Source of the DNA: Malacoraja senta
Taxonomy: Eukaryota
Reading direction: 5' to 3'
Assembly (NCBI GenBank): GCA_038087875.1
Contig: CM075988.1
Coordinates: 2,480,001-2,544,000 of the forward strand
DNA: 64,000 nt
How positions within the stretch are numbered: the stretch's first letter is position 1; each line of letters opens with the position of its first letter. Both the position numbers and the translations under genes were made by a program. Of this stretch, positions 52,447-64,000 are shown in pieces. The notes under the pieces were generated by a model that did not search any database, was not told the origin of the DNA, and worked only from the letters and a program-made list of their open reading frames with translations.

Positions 52447-53119
52447 TATATCTGTTAATGTTTGCCCCTCCCACCTTAAAACATAGACCTCTAGTATTTG
52501 ATTTTTATATTCTCGGAAAAAGGTTCTCTATGCCTCTCATAATTGTACACACTTCTGAGGTCTTCCTGCAACCTCTGGTGTTCCAGTGATGTATGTCTGT
52601 AACAATACCCGTGTCTAAAAGTGATCTTAGCCAGGGCTAACAGTATCTTAGCCAGGGCTCCTGTAATTTAGAGTGTCATTTGATATACCTGTTCAGCCCC
52701 GGAAGATTTATCTGTCTTCATACGCCTTAGGATGGCCAGCAACTACTTGGTTGTAATACGGGCTGTCCGCAAGATATTGTCATTAACTTTCCAAAGTTTC
52801 CTGGTCTTCATGTCTTTCTCTGCGTAAAAACAGAGGAGAAGTATTCATTGAGGACTTTGCCCATCTCCTAGACTTCTCCAGGGATACAGTAATCCCATCT
52901 GTATAAACCTGACCCATGCCTCCTTTTTCTTGACCAGAGCCTCAATTTCTCTCTTCTTGGGTTCCGCATACTTTCACTCTATAACAGCAACATGCGTAAC
53001 TTAAATTCACATTTTTGAAAAGCATCCCACTTTCTGGACGTCCCTTTGCTTACAATCTGCAAGTTCCTGTCTAAAACCATCAAAGATGGCCTTGCCCCAA
53101 TTTCAAACTTTAACTTGTA

Positions 53120-53284
53120 GAACATAGAAAAATAGGTGCAGGAGTAGGCCATTCAGCCCTTCGAGCCAGCACCACCATTCAATAAGATCATGGCTGATCA
53201 TCTAAAATCAGTACCCCGTTCCTGCTTTTTCCACATATCCCTTGATTCCTTAGCCCTAAGAGATAAATCTAACTCTCTCTTGAA
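53120..53284 (-). mobile_element. CR1-type LINE 3' UTR fragment
   Basis: Reverse complement of the CR1 3' end and ttctatg tail; sits within a decayed minus-strand CR1 spanning ~49.8-53.4 kb. Confidence 0.8.
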
Positions 53285-55173
53285 GAACCAGTGTTATCCA
53301 TAACTGTTTTAAAACTAATAGAACTGTGGTCACTATTCCTAAATGTCGCCCACTGACATCTCAATCACTTGTCCTGCCCTTTTTCCAAAGAGTAGGTCAA
53401 GCTTTGCCCGCTCTCTGGCAGGGAAGAGCATCACCCCGTCATGCTAAAGAGTGAACCAGTGGTGTTAAGGTCAAGGATGGATCAGCCTTGTTCTTCCTGA
53501 ATGGCTGGGTAGGCTCGAGGGATAAAACTGGCTTACTCCAGCTCCTTTAATTTATATTCTCAAGGAACTAATTAGGGACCTGGTTATGCCACAATTTAAT
53601 ATCACGGTGTGGTGACGAATTAAGAATTTTGTAGTAAAGGAGTTCTGGGAAAGAGTATTCAAAATATCCTGAAATTTAATATTGAGGCAGAATTTATCAA
53701 TTCCAAAATAAGCAAACATTTAGTTTATTATTGTCAGGGATATAGAGATACAGTGAAAAGCTTGTTCCGCATGTCCTCCAGTCAAACCATGCTGCACATG
53801 AATACAATAGCTCCCCTCCTGGAACAGCACGCAGAGTTGCCACGTTCCGTCTCCATCAAGTTTGTAAAAAGTTCAGTTTGACCTAAAGGAAATTATAATT
53901 ACTTACTCTCACTGCAAGGCCTGGCGTCCTGGCACCATTGCATCAGCTAAAAAAAACTGCTGCAGAAACTTGACTAAAATCCAACACATTTCCTGTACTT
54001 GCTAGCTTATCCCCCTGGTTTTGAAAGAGGCAGCCAGAGAGATGATGAATTCTTAGATTTTCGGTGGTCCACATGGACAGAAGGAAGCAAAGCTAAACTC
54101 TTCATGAGAATAAGGAAACCGAGAACGTTAGGCTCGTTAACCTTGCATCAACAGTAGAAGAAAAGGCTGGAAACTGTGATCAGGAGCATTGTAACATTGG
54201 AACATTGAAAGGGCAGAACTTCCAGGAGCATGATTCCACAGAGGGATCTCGTGATGCAAATCTGTAGCTCCCTGAAAGAGGTATTGCAAGTAGATAGAGT
54301 GTTAAAGAAGATGTGTGGCATGCTTGTCTTCATTGGTTGGAGTGTGAGTGTAAAGATAAGGATGTCGTGTTACCAGTTGTATTAAAACTTTGGTGAAGTC
54401 ACATTTGGAGTATTATGAATAAACACAAAGAGCTGGAGTAATTCAATGGGCCAGGTAGCATCTCTGGAGGGAAGGATTGGGTGATGTTTCAGGTCGAGAC
54501 CCTTCTTCAGACTGGTTTATTAGGTATTGTGTGCAGTCTGGTCGCTCCATTGAAGGGAAAGTATGGAGGTTTTGGAGAGGGTACAGAAGAGGTTCCAGGG
54601 TGCTGCCTGGATTAGAGAGTATTAGCTACAAGGATAGATTGGACAACTGGTGCATTGGAGACTGAGGAGTCTGCCTGGAACATGCTGCTTGGGGAAGTGG
54701 TGGAAACATACAACAGCAACATTTAAGAGGCATTTGGACAAAAGTATGAACATGCAGGGAATGGAGGGATACTGACCATGTGCAGATGGACGAGCAATTT
54801 AAATTGGCATTGTGATCGGCACATACATGATGGGCCGAATCATGTTCCTATCATGTACTGTTCTATGTAACACAGCACTTGACAAAGCATAAAATGATAG
54901 AACAAATTCAATCTACATATATGGAAGGAACATTTTATTTGACAAATCGTTTTAGCATTCACTAGCTGTGTCGATGAGGGAAAGCCAGTCGGTTTGGGCG
55001 GCACGGTGGCGAAGCGCTAGAGTTGCTGCCTACAGCGCCAAAGACCCGGGTTCGACCCAACTCGTTACAGAGTTTGTATGTTCTCCCTGTGACCTGCGTC
55101 GGTTTTCTCAGAGATCTTCGGTTTCCTCCCACTCTCCAAAGACGTATAGGTTTGTAGTTTAATTGGCTTGGTA

Positions 55174-56053
55174 TCTATCTATACATAACTAAAGCTCTGA
55201 TCTTGTGCTTTTCCGGTTTGCACAGTTTTTCTATTTGCCCAAAAATGCTAGCTCACTCACCGTTCTCCTGTGCTGCGAGTGCAACAAGTTTTGTTCCGAT
55301 CGGTGGTATTTTTGAAAGATTCGTGCGGTTTAAAAATCTTAAAAACTGCACTGCGCAGATTGATCTCCTCTTCTGCCAGTCAGCTCCGCGGGGATTGGTC
55401 TCCTCTCCTGTCACTCCCCGGGACGGTCCGCCCTTTCCTGCACCATCGCGTCTTTATTGGAGCTGAGGCACACTGTGGGTGGCCGGCGGAGGTCTCCAAC
55501 AATTTTCGGAGGGACCAGAAGTGGCGCGGCGTTGGAGATGTCGCTAAACGGAAAGCGGCGAATCCGCCATCGCAACGCGCCGCAGCTCCAGCCCCTTCCC
55601 CTCTGGTCCCCCTCACTGGCTCCTGTCCCCCTCCCCCGTGGTACCCCCCTCTCCCCCATAGCTACTGGTGCTTCTGGGCCGAGCCGAGGATCCGCACCCA
55701 CGGCTGATGCTCCTCCGGGGCATGCAAGAAGGAAGAGGAGCAGCAACCTCGAGATCCTGGGGAGGGTGGGGGAGGAGAGGAGATAGAGGGATAGGAGGGG
55801 AGTAGGGAGGGGAGAGGAGTTATTGAGGGAGGGAGGGACTGAGGGTAGGGGAAAGGAGAGGGGGAGAGAGGTGAGGGAGGGATTGGGGAGGGGAGGAGGA
55901 GAGGGGAAAGAAGAGGGAGGGTGAAGAGGAGGGGGAAAGAGGGGAAATGAGCTGCGCCTGTGCAGTTGGGGGCTATGGGTAAGTGGTGGAATATTTCGTT
56001 GGAGGACCAAGCCTCCTGCGTGACAGGGACCCAAAGGGTCCCACTTAGTCTAG
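55174..56053 (+). mobile_element. Non-autonomous Helitron
   Basis: 5' TC, 3' CTAG, hairpin gggaccc-aaa-gggtccc at 56026-56042, inserted between A (55173) and T (56054), no TSD. Confidence 0.85.
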
Positions 56054-56106
56054 TAATTGTATAAATGTAAAACATTGTCCCTTGTGAGTGTGTGTGTGTG
56101 TGTGTG

Positions 56107-56538
56107 CAGGCATGGAAATCGCTATCAAAACATGCGGGGAACACAATTTCTTGGCGGTCGCGCATACGCATACGCACACACGCGAGGCTTCGGCCGTGGG
56201 CCCTGTGGACGGTAACATCGGGAGCTGACCTGGTTGGTGACTGACTCCGAACTCCAGCAACAACAGCTTCATCCGCCCTGAATCGTGGGGCTTGAATCGT
56301 CCCGTTCGCGGGGCCTTTCATCGGCCGGCGGGGGCTTCAACATCAGGAGCCTCGATCACCTTGATGCAGCAGTTTGGATTTTAAGCTGCGCCGGGCGCTG
56401 AAAGGCCCTGCAAACGGGCCGATTCAGCCCTTAGATAAGCGTCTGATAAAGTTTGAATTACAAAACATGGGGGATTGTCCCCCAGCTCTCAAAGCATGGG
56501 GGTGGGGGGGCGTCCCCCCCCCAGGATTTCCGCCCATG
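56107..56538. mobile_element. hAT-like MITE inserted in (TG)n
   Basis: Imperfect 14-bp TIRs caggcatggaaatc / gatttccgcccatg; (TG)n on both sides; internal inverted repeat ~56295-56320 / 56399-56426. Confidence 0.6.
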
Positions 56539-56727
56539 TGTGTGTGTGTGTGTGGAGTAGTGTTAATGTGCAGGGATCGCTGGTCAGTTGGGACTCGGTA
56601 GGCCGAGGGGCCTGTTTTGGCACGGTATCTCTAAATTAAAGCAAGCTAAAATGCAGTGTGCTTGGAATTTAAAATGTTATTTTATAAAATACCATTCAAG
56701 TTACTGCATGAAATTAGGCTCATAGGG

Positions 56728-57014
56728 TTTAGTTTATGTTTAGAGATACAACAACTTCAGCCCACCAAATCACCAGATCAATGGTCACCCATACACTAGT
56801 TCTATTTTACACACTAGGGGGAATTTACAGAAGCCAATTAACCTACAAAACTGCACAACTTTAGAATGTGGGAGGAAACCGGAGCACCCGGAGAAAACCC
56901 ATACAGTCGGAGGGAGGATGCACAAAGTAAACAGGCAGCACCTGGATTCAGAGTCAAACTCTGATCTCTGGTCATGTAAGGCAGCAACTCTGCCGTTGCA
57001 CCATTGTGCCACCC
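56728..57014 (-). mobile_element. tRNA-derived SINE (HE1-like), diverged
   Basis: Head, body and tail similar to 38508-38805. Confidence 0.8.
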
Positions 57015-58399
57015 CGGTGTGGAATTAATGATTGGTTCACACTTAATGACGAATGGAAATTAATGTGCAAGGTCCTTCCTAAATTGTAGAAACTGTGGAT
57101 TTGACAAGAATCAACTTCTCGTGCACTTTCTTGGCCTGGCCCATCATGTTATCATATTTCAACCTTTCTAACATACACTCGCACCAACACATTCTGTGTC
57201 ACCTCCAAACGCCTGCTTGGGAAAGGTGAGAAAGAGAGACATCAGTGCTGGTATGAAAGAGGAGTATGTGAAGGGAATCGCATAGCTATAGAATAGAATA
57301 GCATGGATCCAGGTCAGTGATCAGCAACTATCAGAGAAATGGGAAAAATTGTGAGTTGATGGCCAATTTGTAATGGTTTGAAGGAGTCAGCCTACCCCAC
57401 GCGTTTACATCCCTGCACTCTGGGTCATCGGCCCCCAGTGCTGCCATGAGCATTCCCTTGTGCCCACTGAAGGACGTTGAGCGATGAACGAGGAAGGAGA
57501 GTAGCAGCTTCTCCACTAGGGCCAGGAGCCAACACCACTATTAGAAGGTGGAAAATGTTTTTTAGAAGTATAACAAAGATAAGTAGTTTAAGCTGTTCTC
57601 CTGCTCCTGCGACTCAGAAACTAAAATGCCAGCTGACCTGAAAATTACCGCTACGAATAAAAGGGCAGTATTACTTGTCCAGAATTCTGATTGTCTTGTT
57701 CACAATTTCATTTGGCCCAGTAAATGTGTCTTTCTCAGGTTATCAAACCCAAGCATAATGTGCTGAGTTCCGAGCTATTATAATTTATTTCAGTGACTTA
57801 TTTGAAGGAACCAAATGAAATATATCTCTGTTGTCCATTGATGCAAAGCTGAATGGGGATAATGAATGCCGAGGAAACAAAATGGTATGAATGGGAATTG
57901 GACAGGGCTCGGAAATGAACAGGATGTGGAGAGATGGAATATCATGTGGAGATATACTGAGTTTGTGTAGGAAGAAACAAATGCAACAGCTTATTAAGTA
58001 ACAGGTGACTGGAGAATGATCCTTCTCAAACGGGCTGGATGTCCTTGTACACAGAGATGTAGCTTGAAATTTGAAGAGCAAATGCTATGGTTATACTTTG
58101 TTAGAAGAGGTTTGGACTTTAAGGATAAAGAAGCACTACAATTAAATAGCGTTTTGATAAGACCACTTTGTACAGTTTTGATGCTTGATCTAAGGCAGGA
58201 TGTTTCTGTCATCCTCGGACTATCGTTGATCGGATTTAGCTGGCTTTACCTTGCACTAAACGTTATTCCCTTATGTATCTATACACTGCAAATGGCTCAA
58301 TTGTAATCATGTGTTGTCTTTCTGCTGACTGGATAGCGCACAACAAAAGCTTGTCACTGTGCACGTGACCATAAACTAAACTAAACAAAGAGGAATATA

Positions 58400-58743
58400 G
58401 AAGATGGACACAAAAAGCTGGAGTAAGTGGGACAGGCAGCATCTCTGGAGATAAGGAATGGGTGATGTTTCAGGTTGAGACCCTTCTTCAGACTAGTCAG
58501 AGGAAAGGGAAACGAGAGATATAGACGATGATGTAGAGAGATAAAGAACAATGACTGAAAGATATTTAAGAAAGTAACGATGATAAAGGAAACAGCCATT
58601 GTTAGCAGTTTGTTGGGTAAAAACGAGAAGCTGATGCTTGTGTGGGGGAGGGATGGAGAGAGAGGGAATGCCAGGGTTACTTGAAGTTAGAGAAATCAAT
58701 ATTCATACCACTGGGTTATAAGCTGCCCAAGTGAAATATGAGC
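58400..58743 (-). mobile_element. Penelope-like 3' end with terminal repeat and hammerhead-like core (58461-58497)
   Basis: 58680-58743 encodes the LIFHLGSL.PSGMNIDFSNFK end of the GIY-YIG ORF, followed by the terminal repeat as in 10168-10440. Confidence 0.8.
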
Positions 58744-58899
58744 AATGAGTCACCAATTATATCCCTGGATTGGACCAGAAACCATTGAACCATTGGATAG
58801 CCTCCTCAGGATAAAGTTGTCTTTGCACAGAAGTGGCTTGGCAGCATATTTACCAGCCACAGTCTGAGGCTCTTCAGCAGTGCTACAGTCGTGGCAGAG

Positions 58900-59095
58900 T
58901 TCACACTCATCAGCACGCCCCCAGCTCACGCTCGTCAGCACACATCCCCAGCTCACATTCAGCAGCACATTCCCAACTCACGCTCGTCAGCACACATTCC
59001 CAGCTCACACTCATCAGTGCACTTCTCCAGCTCTCACTCGTCAGTACACATCCCCAGTTCACACTCATCAACATACTTCTGAGTTCACATTTGTT
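58900..59095. repeat. Imperfect ~27-30-bp minisatellite (ctcacgctcgtcagcacacatccccag), about 6-7 units
   Basis: Directly visible tandem periodicity. Confidence 0.8.
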
Positions 59096-59169
59096 TGCAC
59101 ATCACTGAGTTTGCATTCATTTGCACACTTCCCAAGTTCCCGTGGCTGTAGCACTGCTGAAGTGCCTTA

Positions 59170-61690
59170 AACCCCTGTTACACTGTGCGAGCTGACCCAC
59201 GAGGTACCCCAAGTTTAAAACAAATTTAACTCGTGGTAATCACGTACAATTAACGTAGCGGGAACGTCGGAACTCGTGGACGCAACTTAGCGACTCGTGG
59301 CGCTAACGGCAGGTACCCGTGAAACTTGTTAACTCTTGAAAAAGTTCAAACATGTTTGAACTTTTCCACGAGTAAAATGTACTCTTGAGGTTAAAATTTG
59401 AAACATTTCAACTCGTTGTAAGAACGCAGTGGCCCGTGCGTTTACCTTAGTGATTCGTGAGTCTACCGTGGGAACTCTTTAACTCAGCGGGCAGGCAGCA
59501 TCTCTGGAGAGAAGGAATGGGTGATGGGATGACGTTTCCAAATTTCTGCTGTGTCTTTGTGTAACTCCAGCACCGTGTGTTCACTTTTTGTCAACCAGCA
59601 TCTGCCCTTTCTCGTGTATGACATTATTTGTATCCGTGGCAGTTGATTGTCGCTCCCTTTAGTTTCCCAGAGGGTCGTGACGGGATTGGAGTTGGGAGGG
59701 AAAGGTGTGGGGGGGGGGGGGGGTGGTTGGGGGGGGTGGGGAGGAGGGAGGGGGGGGGTTGGGGTGACTTAGTACAGGAGACAAGTGTACTGACGGTGTG
59801 GGCAGACACTTTGGTAGTGATTGCCCATGGGGTTCACTGTCGAGGACTTCATAATGCAGGAAGCATTATAAACAGTGGAGCGATTAACCCTGGAAGTTGG
59901 ACCCATTTGCAGGAATTTTCTTGAGGTTATTAACGACAGATAAATGGATAGGAAGGGTTTAGAGGGCTATGGGCCACATGCAGGCAAATAGGACTACCCC
60001 AAGATGCCAACTTGGACGGCACAGCCTATCTGGGCCGAAGGACCTGTTTCCGTGTTGTACAGCACCATGACTAAAGCCTATCCAGTGGGATTGACATGTT
60101 TTGTATTTTTCCTTTCTAAAGATGCAGTGTATTTTGGTGACTATTGCAACTGCAGACCAGAAGCGCTTTCAATACCCAGAGAAAAGGGATGGGCGGGTTA
60201 GGTGAGCAGGAGAGTGGGGTTGTTTGCAGTTGCAGAGGGAGGGGGCAAGGGCGGTACAGTTCCCAGTCTCAGCTCCTGTTCTACCGAGCGTGTGGACGTG
60301 GACGGGTGGCTTGGTTGGCGGAGGCCCATGGTGTGGCAGAGCCGGCGTGCCCGCTGACTCCCATCCCCCCCCCCCGGTCCGGGGCCGCGCTGGGAGAGAG
60401 CCCCGGAGCATCTGCCCCAGGGCGACGGGCACTGACCTGCTGGCATCGCCGACGTGAAGACAGTGCAAAGCCCCCGCGCCCGATGCAATGGGCGGGGAGC
60501 TGGAGAGAGGAGGGAAGGGGTCACACACATGGCCGGGAAGCAGAGGGGTGGGGGTGGGGGTGGGGGTGGTGACAGACAGGGCCAACAATGAGATGGAGAA
60601 AGACAGAAACACTGACGTGTAAAGGAGACCTACAATAGTGCATGATCTCTCTCGCGTTATGGCGGGTGATTGTCGCCTGCCCGCTGTTTCTGATGCTAAA
60701 GCCTTGGGATCGTTGCCCTTCGTGTTGGCGTGGAGGGGGAGGGGGGTAGTGTGCTGTTTGATCGCCCCCTGCTATCCCAGGGACAGGGAGACACAGCGGC
60801 TTTTGAGATTGGTGGGCAATCACTACTAACGTGTCTGCCCACACAGTCAGTACACCTCTCCTACACTTGTCTCCCGCACGAAGATCATCCCGCAGAGAAT
60901 GATCCCAGCCTAACCCAAGAGCCTTGTCACCCCCAGACAGATTAATGACGCCCTCCCTCTACCTCAACTCACGCCTGGGCACCAAAGCAGCTCAGGAGGC
61001 GAACCCTGAGCTCCGTCTCCCAACAATCTGATGTGCAACTGATATGAAAGAACAGCGGCTGCGGCCCGCCGGCACTTCTCACACCCTCACACACGAAAAG
61101 TGTGTGAGAATAAACAAAAACAAGGAATAAAACCAAAGCCCGGCTTGAAAGGCATCTAAAAATATATTCCGCTTAGAACGAGCAGGCGCGGAGACATCCG
61201 TCCACATTCAAAGATTTCATCTCCCGTCTCCCCGCAGTGTGTAGACCTGGCAGTAAATTCAATTAAAATATAGCAAACCTCCGCTCGCTGGTCTTCTAAC
61301 TACGTGATGTGTATTTCAAACAAATCATCAGTATAACTGCCCTGGCACTGGACGGTGCGCATTTTCCCTTTGTAGGTCACATCAATAGATGCGGCCGCGC
61401 TGAATTATATCTTTAACTCAAAGCCGCAGGATGGAGATGTCTTCTTTAACACTGTTGCTTATTAAAACAGACCTTCATTCATGGTTGGCTCAAGAGTAAC
61501 TCGAGAGAGGAACTTGGTAACTCGGGAGACGAACTTGGAACATCGCAGAAATGACAGTTAACGGCAAACTTGAGTCATACCCGTGGAAACTCGGTTAAAC
61601 TCTGGATCATAAACTTGTAGTCTCGTACGCAACCACGAGTCTTTCACTCGGGGTACCTCGTGGGTCAGCTCGCACAGTGTAACAGGGCTT
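59170..61690. mobile_element. Non-autonomous PIF/Harbinger-like transposon
   Basis: ~40-bp TIRs aa[c/g]ccctgttacactgtgcgagctgacccacgaggtacccc with one mismatch; TSD tta at 59167-59169 and 61691-61693; subterminal sequence related to 34200-35024. Confidence 0.88.
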
Positions 61691-61809
61691 TTAGGCTGCC
61701 ACTAGTAATTGCATTTACACACTTCTCGAGTTCTGTGTGAAAGTAAAAGTAAGTGAAATATGAACTGCTCAATATCTTTCTGTTTATGCTTTTTGGACTT
61801 CTCCCACAG

Positions 61810-61954
61810 ACACGAGTTTGACTCTGAGCAGATTCCCGATTTGACAAAGGATCTCTACCTGCAGGATATCCATTGTGTGGGCTCCCTGTGCAAGCTCTAC
61901 TTCAGAGAATTACCGAACCCACTACTCACCTACCAGTTATATGAGAAGTTCTCA
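61810..61954 (+). CDS. ARHGAP32: ARHGAP32 coding exon (HEFDSEQIPDLTKDLYLQDIHCVGSLCKLYFRELPNPLLTYQLYEKFS)
   Basis: Acceptor ctcccacag and donor gtaagt at 61955; 145 bp; RhoGAP motif LCKLYFRELPNPLLT. Confidence 0.95.
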
Positions 61955-62669
61955 GTAAGTACTTTCACAGTGAGTGTGTCAAAAGCAACGATCAGGGGTT
62001 AATGGTTGTATGATTCTATTGGCAGAGATTTTACACAACTACATACCATGGCAATCAGATCATCATTAGCCCAGCATGTGCCTGGTTGTGGATTTGTGCT
62101 TTCTTTGTTCTGGGAAACTATGCCTCACTGCTGGCTGACATGGACATGTTTTACTTCTCCCCTGCAGTCATCACTTTCATGCTGTCATCCTCAGTCCCAT
62201 GTCCAATGCAAGGGTGTCCTCAATGCAGTTTGAAGAGGGTGGCTGAGCATGTGTTGACTCTCCCTAATGCCCACATAGGTCTGTGACATTAGTGAAGGAT
62301 TCCACTTGCTCTGGCCATCGTTCACCAGTTTACCAGCACAACATGAGATGGATCATTCATCTGTGCATGTTTATGTGACAGCATGCTGATCATAACTGTA
62401 GGTGAATCGACTTTGGTGTTTGTGCATGCCAGAGAGAGTTCCACAATTGCTTCAGTTAACACAGTTGCTTTAGTTGACTTCATTGTAAAGGGGAAAATGT
62501 ACTGCATTTCCCCAGAGTAACGTGTATTGAGAGTAAACGGTACACGCAGTGAATGACCATGCCACACAGACCCAGAGAGCATTGTCACTGAGGAACAAAC
62601 TAGGGACACCATAAAACACAGGACAATAGCTAAACTTTCAGGCAATGCAAACAAAACAATAAAAAGTAT

Positions 62670-63015
62670 ACAAAATCATGAGAGGAATAGATCGTGTAGA
62701 TGCACAGAATCTTTTGCCCAGAGTAGGGGAATTGAGCACCAGAGAACATAGGTTTAAGGTGAGGGAGGGAAACATTTAATAGGAACTGGAGAGGTAACTT
62801 TTTTGGACAAAGGGTAGTGGGTGTATGGAACACACTGCCGGAGGAGATAGTTGAGACATGTACTATTGCGACGTTTAAGAAACAATTTGACAGGTACATG
62901 GATAGGACAGGTTTAGAAGGATGTGGGCCAAATGTAGGCAGGTGGGACTAGGGTAGATGGGGCATGTTGGTCGGCGTGGGCAAGTTGGGTTGAAGGACCT
63001 TCCACGCTCTATGTC
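62670..63015 (+). mobile_element. CR1/HER1-type LINE 3' fragment
   Basis: Related to minus-strand fragments at ~4251-4682, 12195-12555, 22140-22650 and 41490-41730. Confidence 0.75.
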
Positions 63016-63463
63016 TCTTCCATTTGTCTCTTCAGTTAATTTTCCAGCATATGTTAACATTTATTGCAACATACTCTGGTGTTTGCATTTATTCACTTGC
63101 AAATGAACAAGTGCAAGGGTAGTGGTGGAGGTGGATATGACAGTGGCATTTAAGAGACTTTTGGTTTGACGCATGGATATACAGGGGATGTGGATCACGT
63201 GCATGCAGAGGATATTAATTTAACTTGGCATCATGATCGGTACAAACATGTGGGCCGAAAGGCCTGTTCCTGAGTTGTTCAATATGCACGATGAACAGCA
63301 CAATACACAAAAGCGGGGATAAAACTCTAGCCCCTCAGCCTTGACTCTCATCCCTACCCACGCAGGTTGAAGAAGGAGGGCTATGTTGTGTTGGGGGAGT
63401 ATGCAGGCTGTGCTTCATGATTCTGTGAGAGTACTGTTTACTTTCACCACTTGTGTCCTGCAG

Positions 63464-63546
63464 GATTCTGTCTCAGTGGCTTCTGATGAGGATCGCTTGG
63501 TTAAAATTCATGATGTGATCCAGCAGCTTCCTCCTCCTCACTACAG
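63464..63546 (+). CDS. ARHGAP32: ARHGAP32 coding exon (DSVSVASDEDRLVKIHDVIQQLPPPHYR)
   Basis: Acceptor gtcctgcag and donor ag|gtacct; 83 bp; phase 0 start follows the previous exon. Confidence 0.95.
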
Positions 63547-63914
63547 GTACCTGCACACAGACTGGTGAATGCTTTGAAAACCCCAGTGTATTTCTCAGTG
63601 TCTGTCCTGCCATGTAATTCTTCAGTTTTGGGAAACATGAAGAGGTTGAATTTCAAATGGATTAAAATCTCTGTGTTCCTTTTCAAAGTGGGAGTAGTAT
63701 CTCTGTAATTTCTGGTACAGACAACACAGTTGCAGCACACATATGAAGAGAGTTAACTGCTGTGACATGGGTAGGTTTGGGTGTTGGGACTGCATTTCCG
63801 GCCTGCTGTCACCCCACACTGGTTACACAACTATCTCTTGCATCAAAACCTTGAATCTCCTCACTTGGGCCACCTTTGCACGCAACTTCTATTCACGACT
63901 GTTGACATGAGTTA

Positions 63915-64000
63915 CAGTGCCCTCCATATTGTTTGGGACAAAGACCGACCATTTATTTATTTGCCTCTGTACTGCACAATTTGAGATTTGTAATAGAAAA
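63915..64000. mobile_element. Start of the TIR of a Tc1-family element, same family as 1-215
   Basis: TA (63913-63914) + cagtgccctccatattgtttgggacaaagacc...; reverse complement of ~135-215. Confidence 0.85.

Larger units (their letters stand above)
54996..56645 (+). mobile_element. HE1-like SINE split by a Helitron and a MITE (pieces 54996-55173, 56054-56106, 56539-56645)
   Basis: Head gggcggcacggtggcg...gggttcgaccc; the body is continuous once the two inserts are removed. Confidence 0.8.

Noticed and set aside
54996..55062. tRNA gene
   Set aside because: tRNA-like head of a SINE; no complete cloverleaf, and it continues into the SINE body.
55270..56321. 145-219-aa ORFs as Helitron-captured genes
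   Set aside because: Low-complexity purine/pyrimidine tracts with no recognisable protein.
58833..59170. Repetitive His/Ser-rich ORFs
   Set aside because: Translations of a minisatellite.
1..64000. Tc1 ends at both window edges forming one giant composite transposon
   Set aside because: The ends face away from each other: each belongs to a separate element extending outside the window.

Overview
Vertebrate genomic DNA, most likely from an elasmobranch (skate/ray/shark); this is inferred from HE1-type tRNA SINEs and CR1/HER1-type LINE tails. The only host gene I can support is four + strand GT-AG exons of ARHGAP32 (RICS/PX-RICS): 7219-7368, 24981-25083, 61810-61954 and 63464-63546. They splice in frame into the N-terminal part of the RhoGAP domain. 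The rest is intron, filled with transposons: an apparently intact 1.6-kb Passport-like DD34E Tc1 element, ends of a second Tc1 family at both window edges, Penelope-like elements (RT + GIY-YIG), CR1, Rex1 and L1 fragments, a deleted Gypsy element, a solo LTR, non-autonomous hAT and Harbinger elements, and a Helitron. The main hunt results are (i) a dispersed, often fold-back, Penelope-derived repeat carrying a minimal hammerhead-ribozyme core (CUGAAGA...GAAAC-GUH) in about ten copies, (ii) the intact transposon, (iii) a five-level transposon nest at 31.3-36.5 kb, and (iv) long internal inverted repeats inside non-autonomous DNA transposons. All calls were made by eye; no searches were run.
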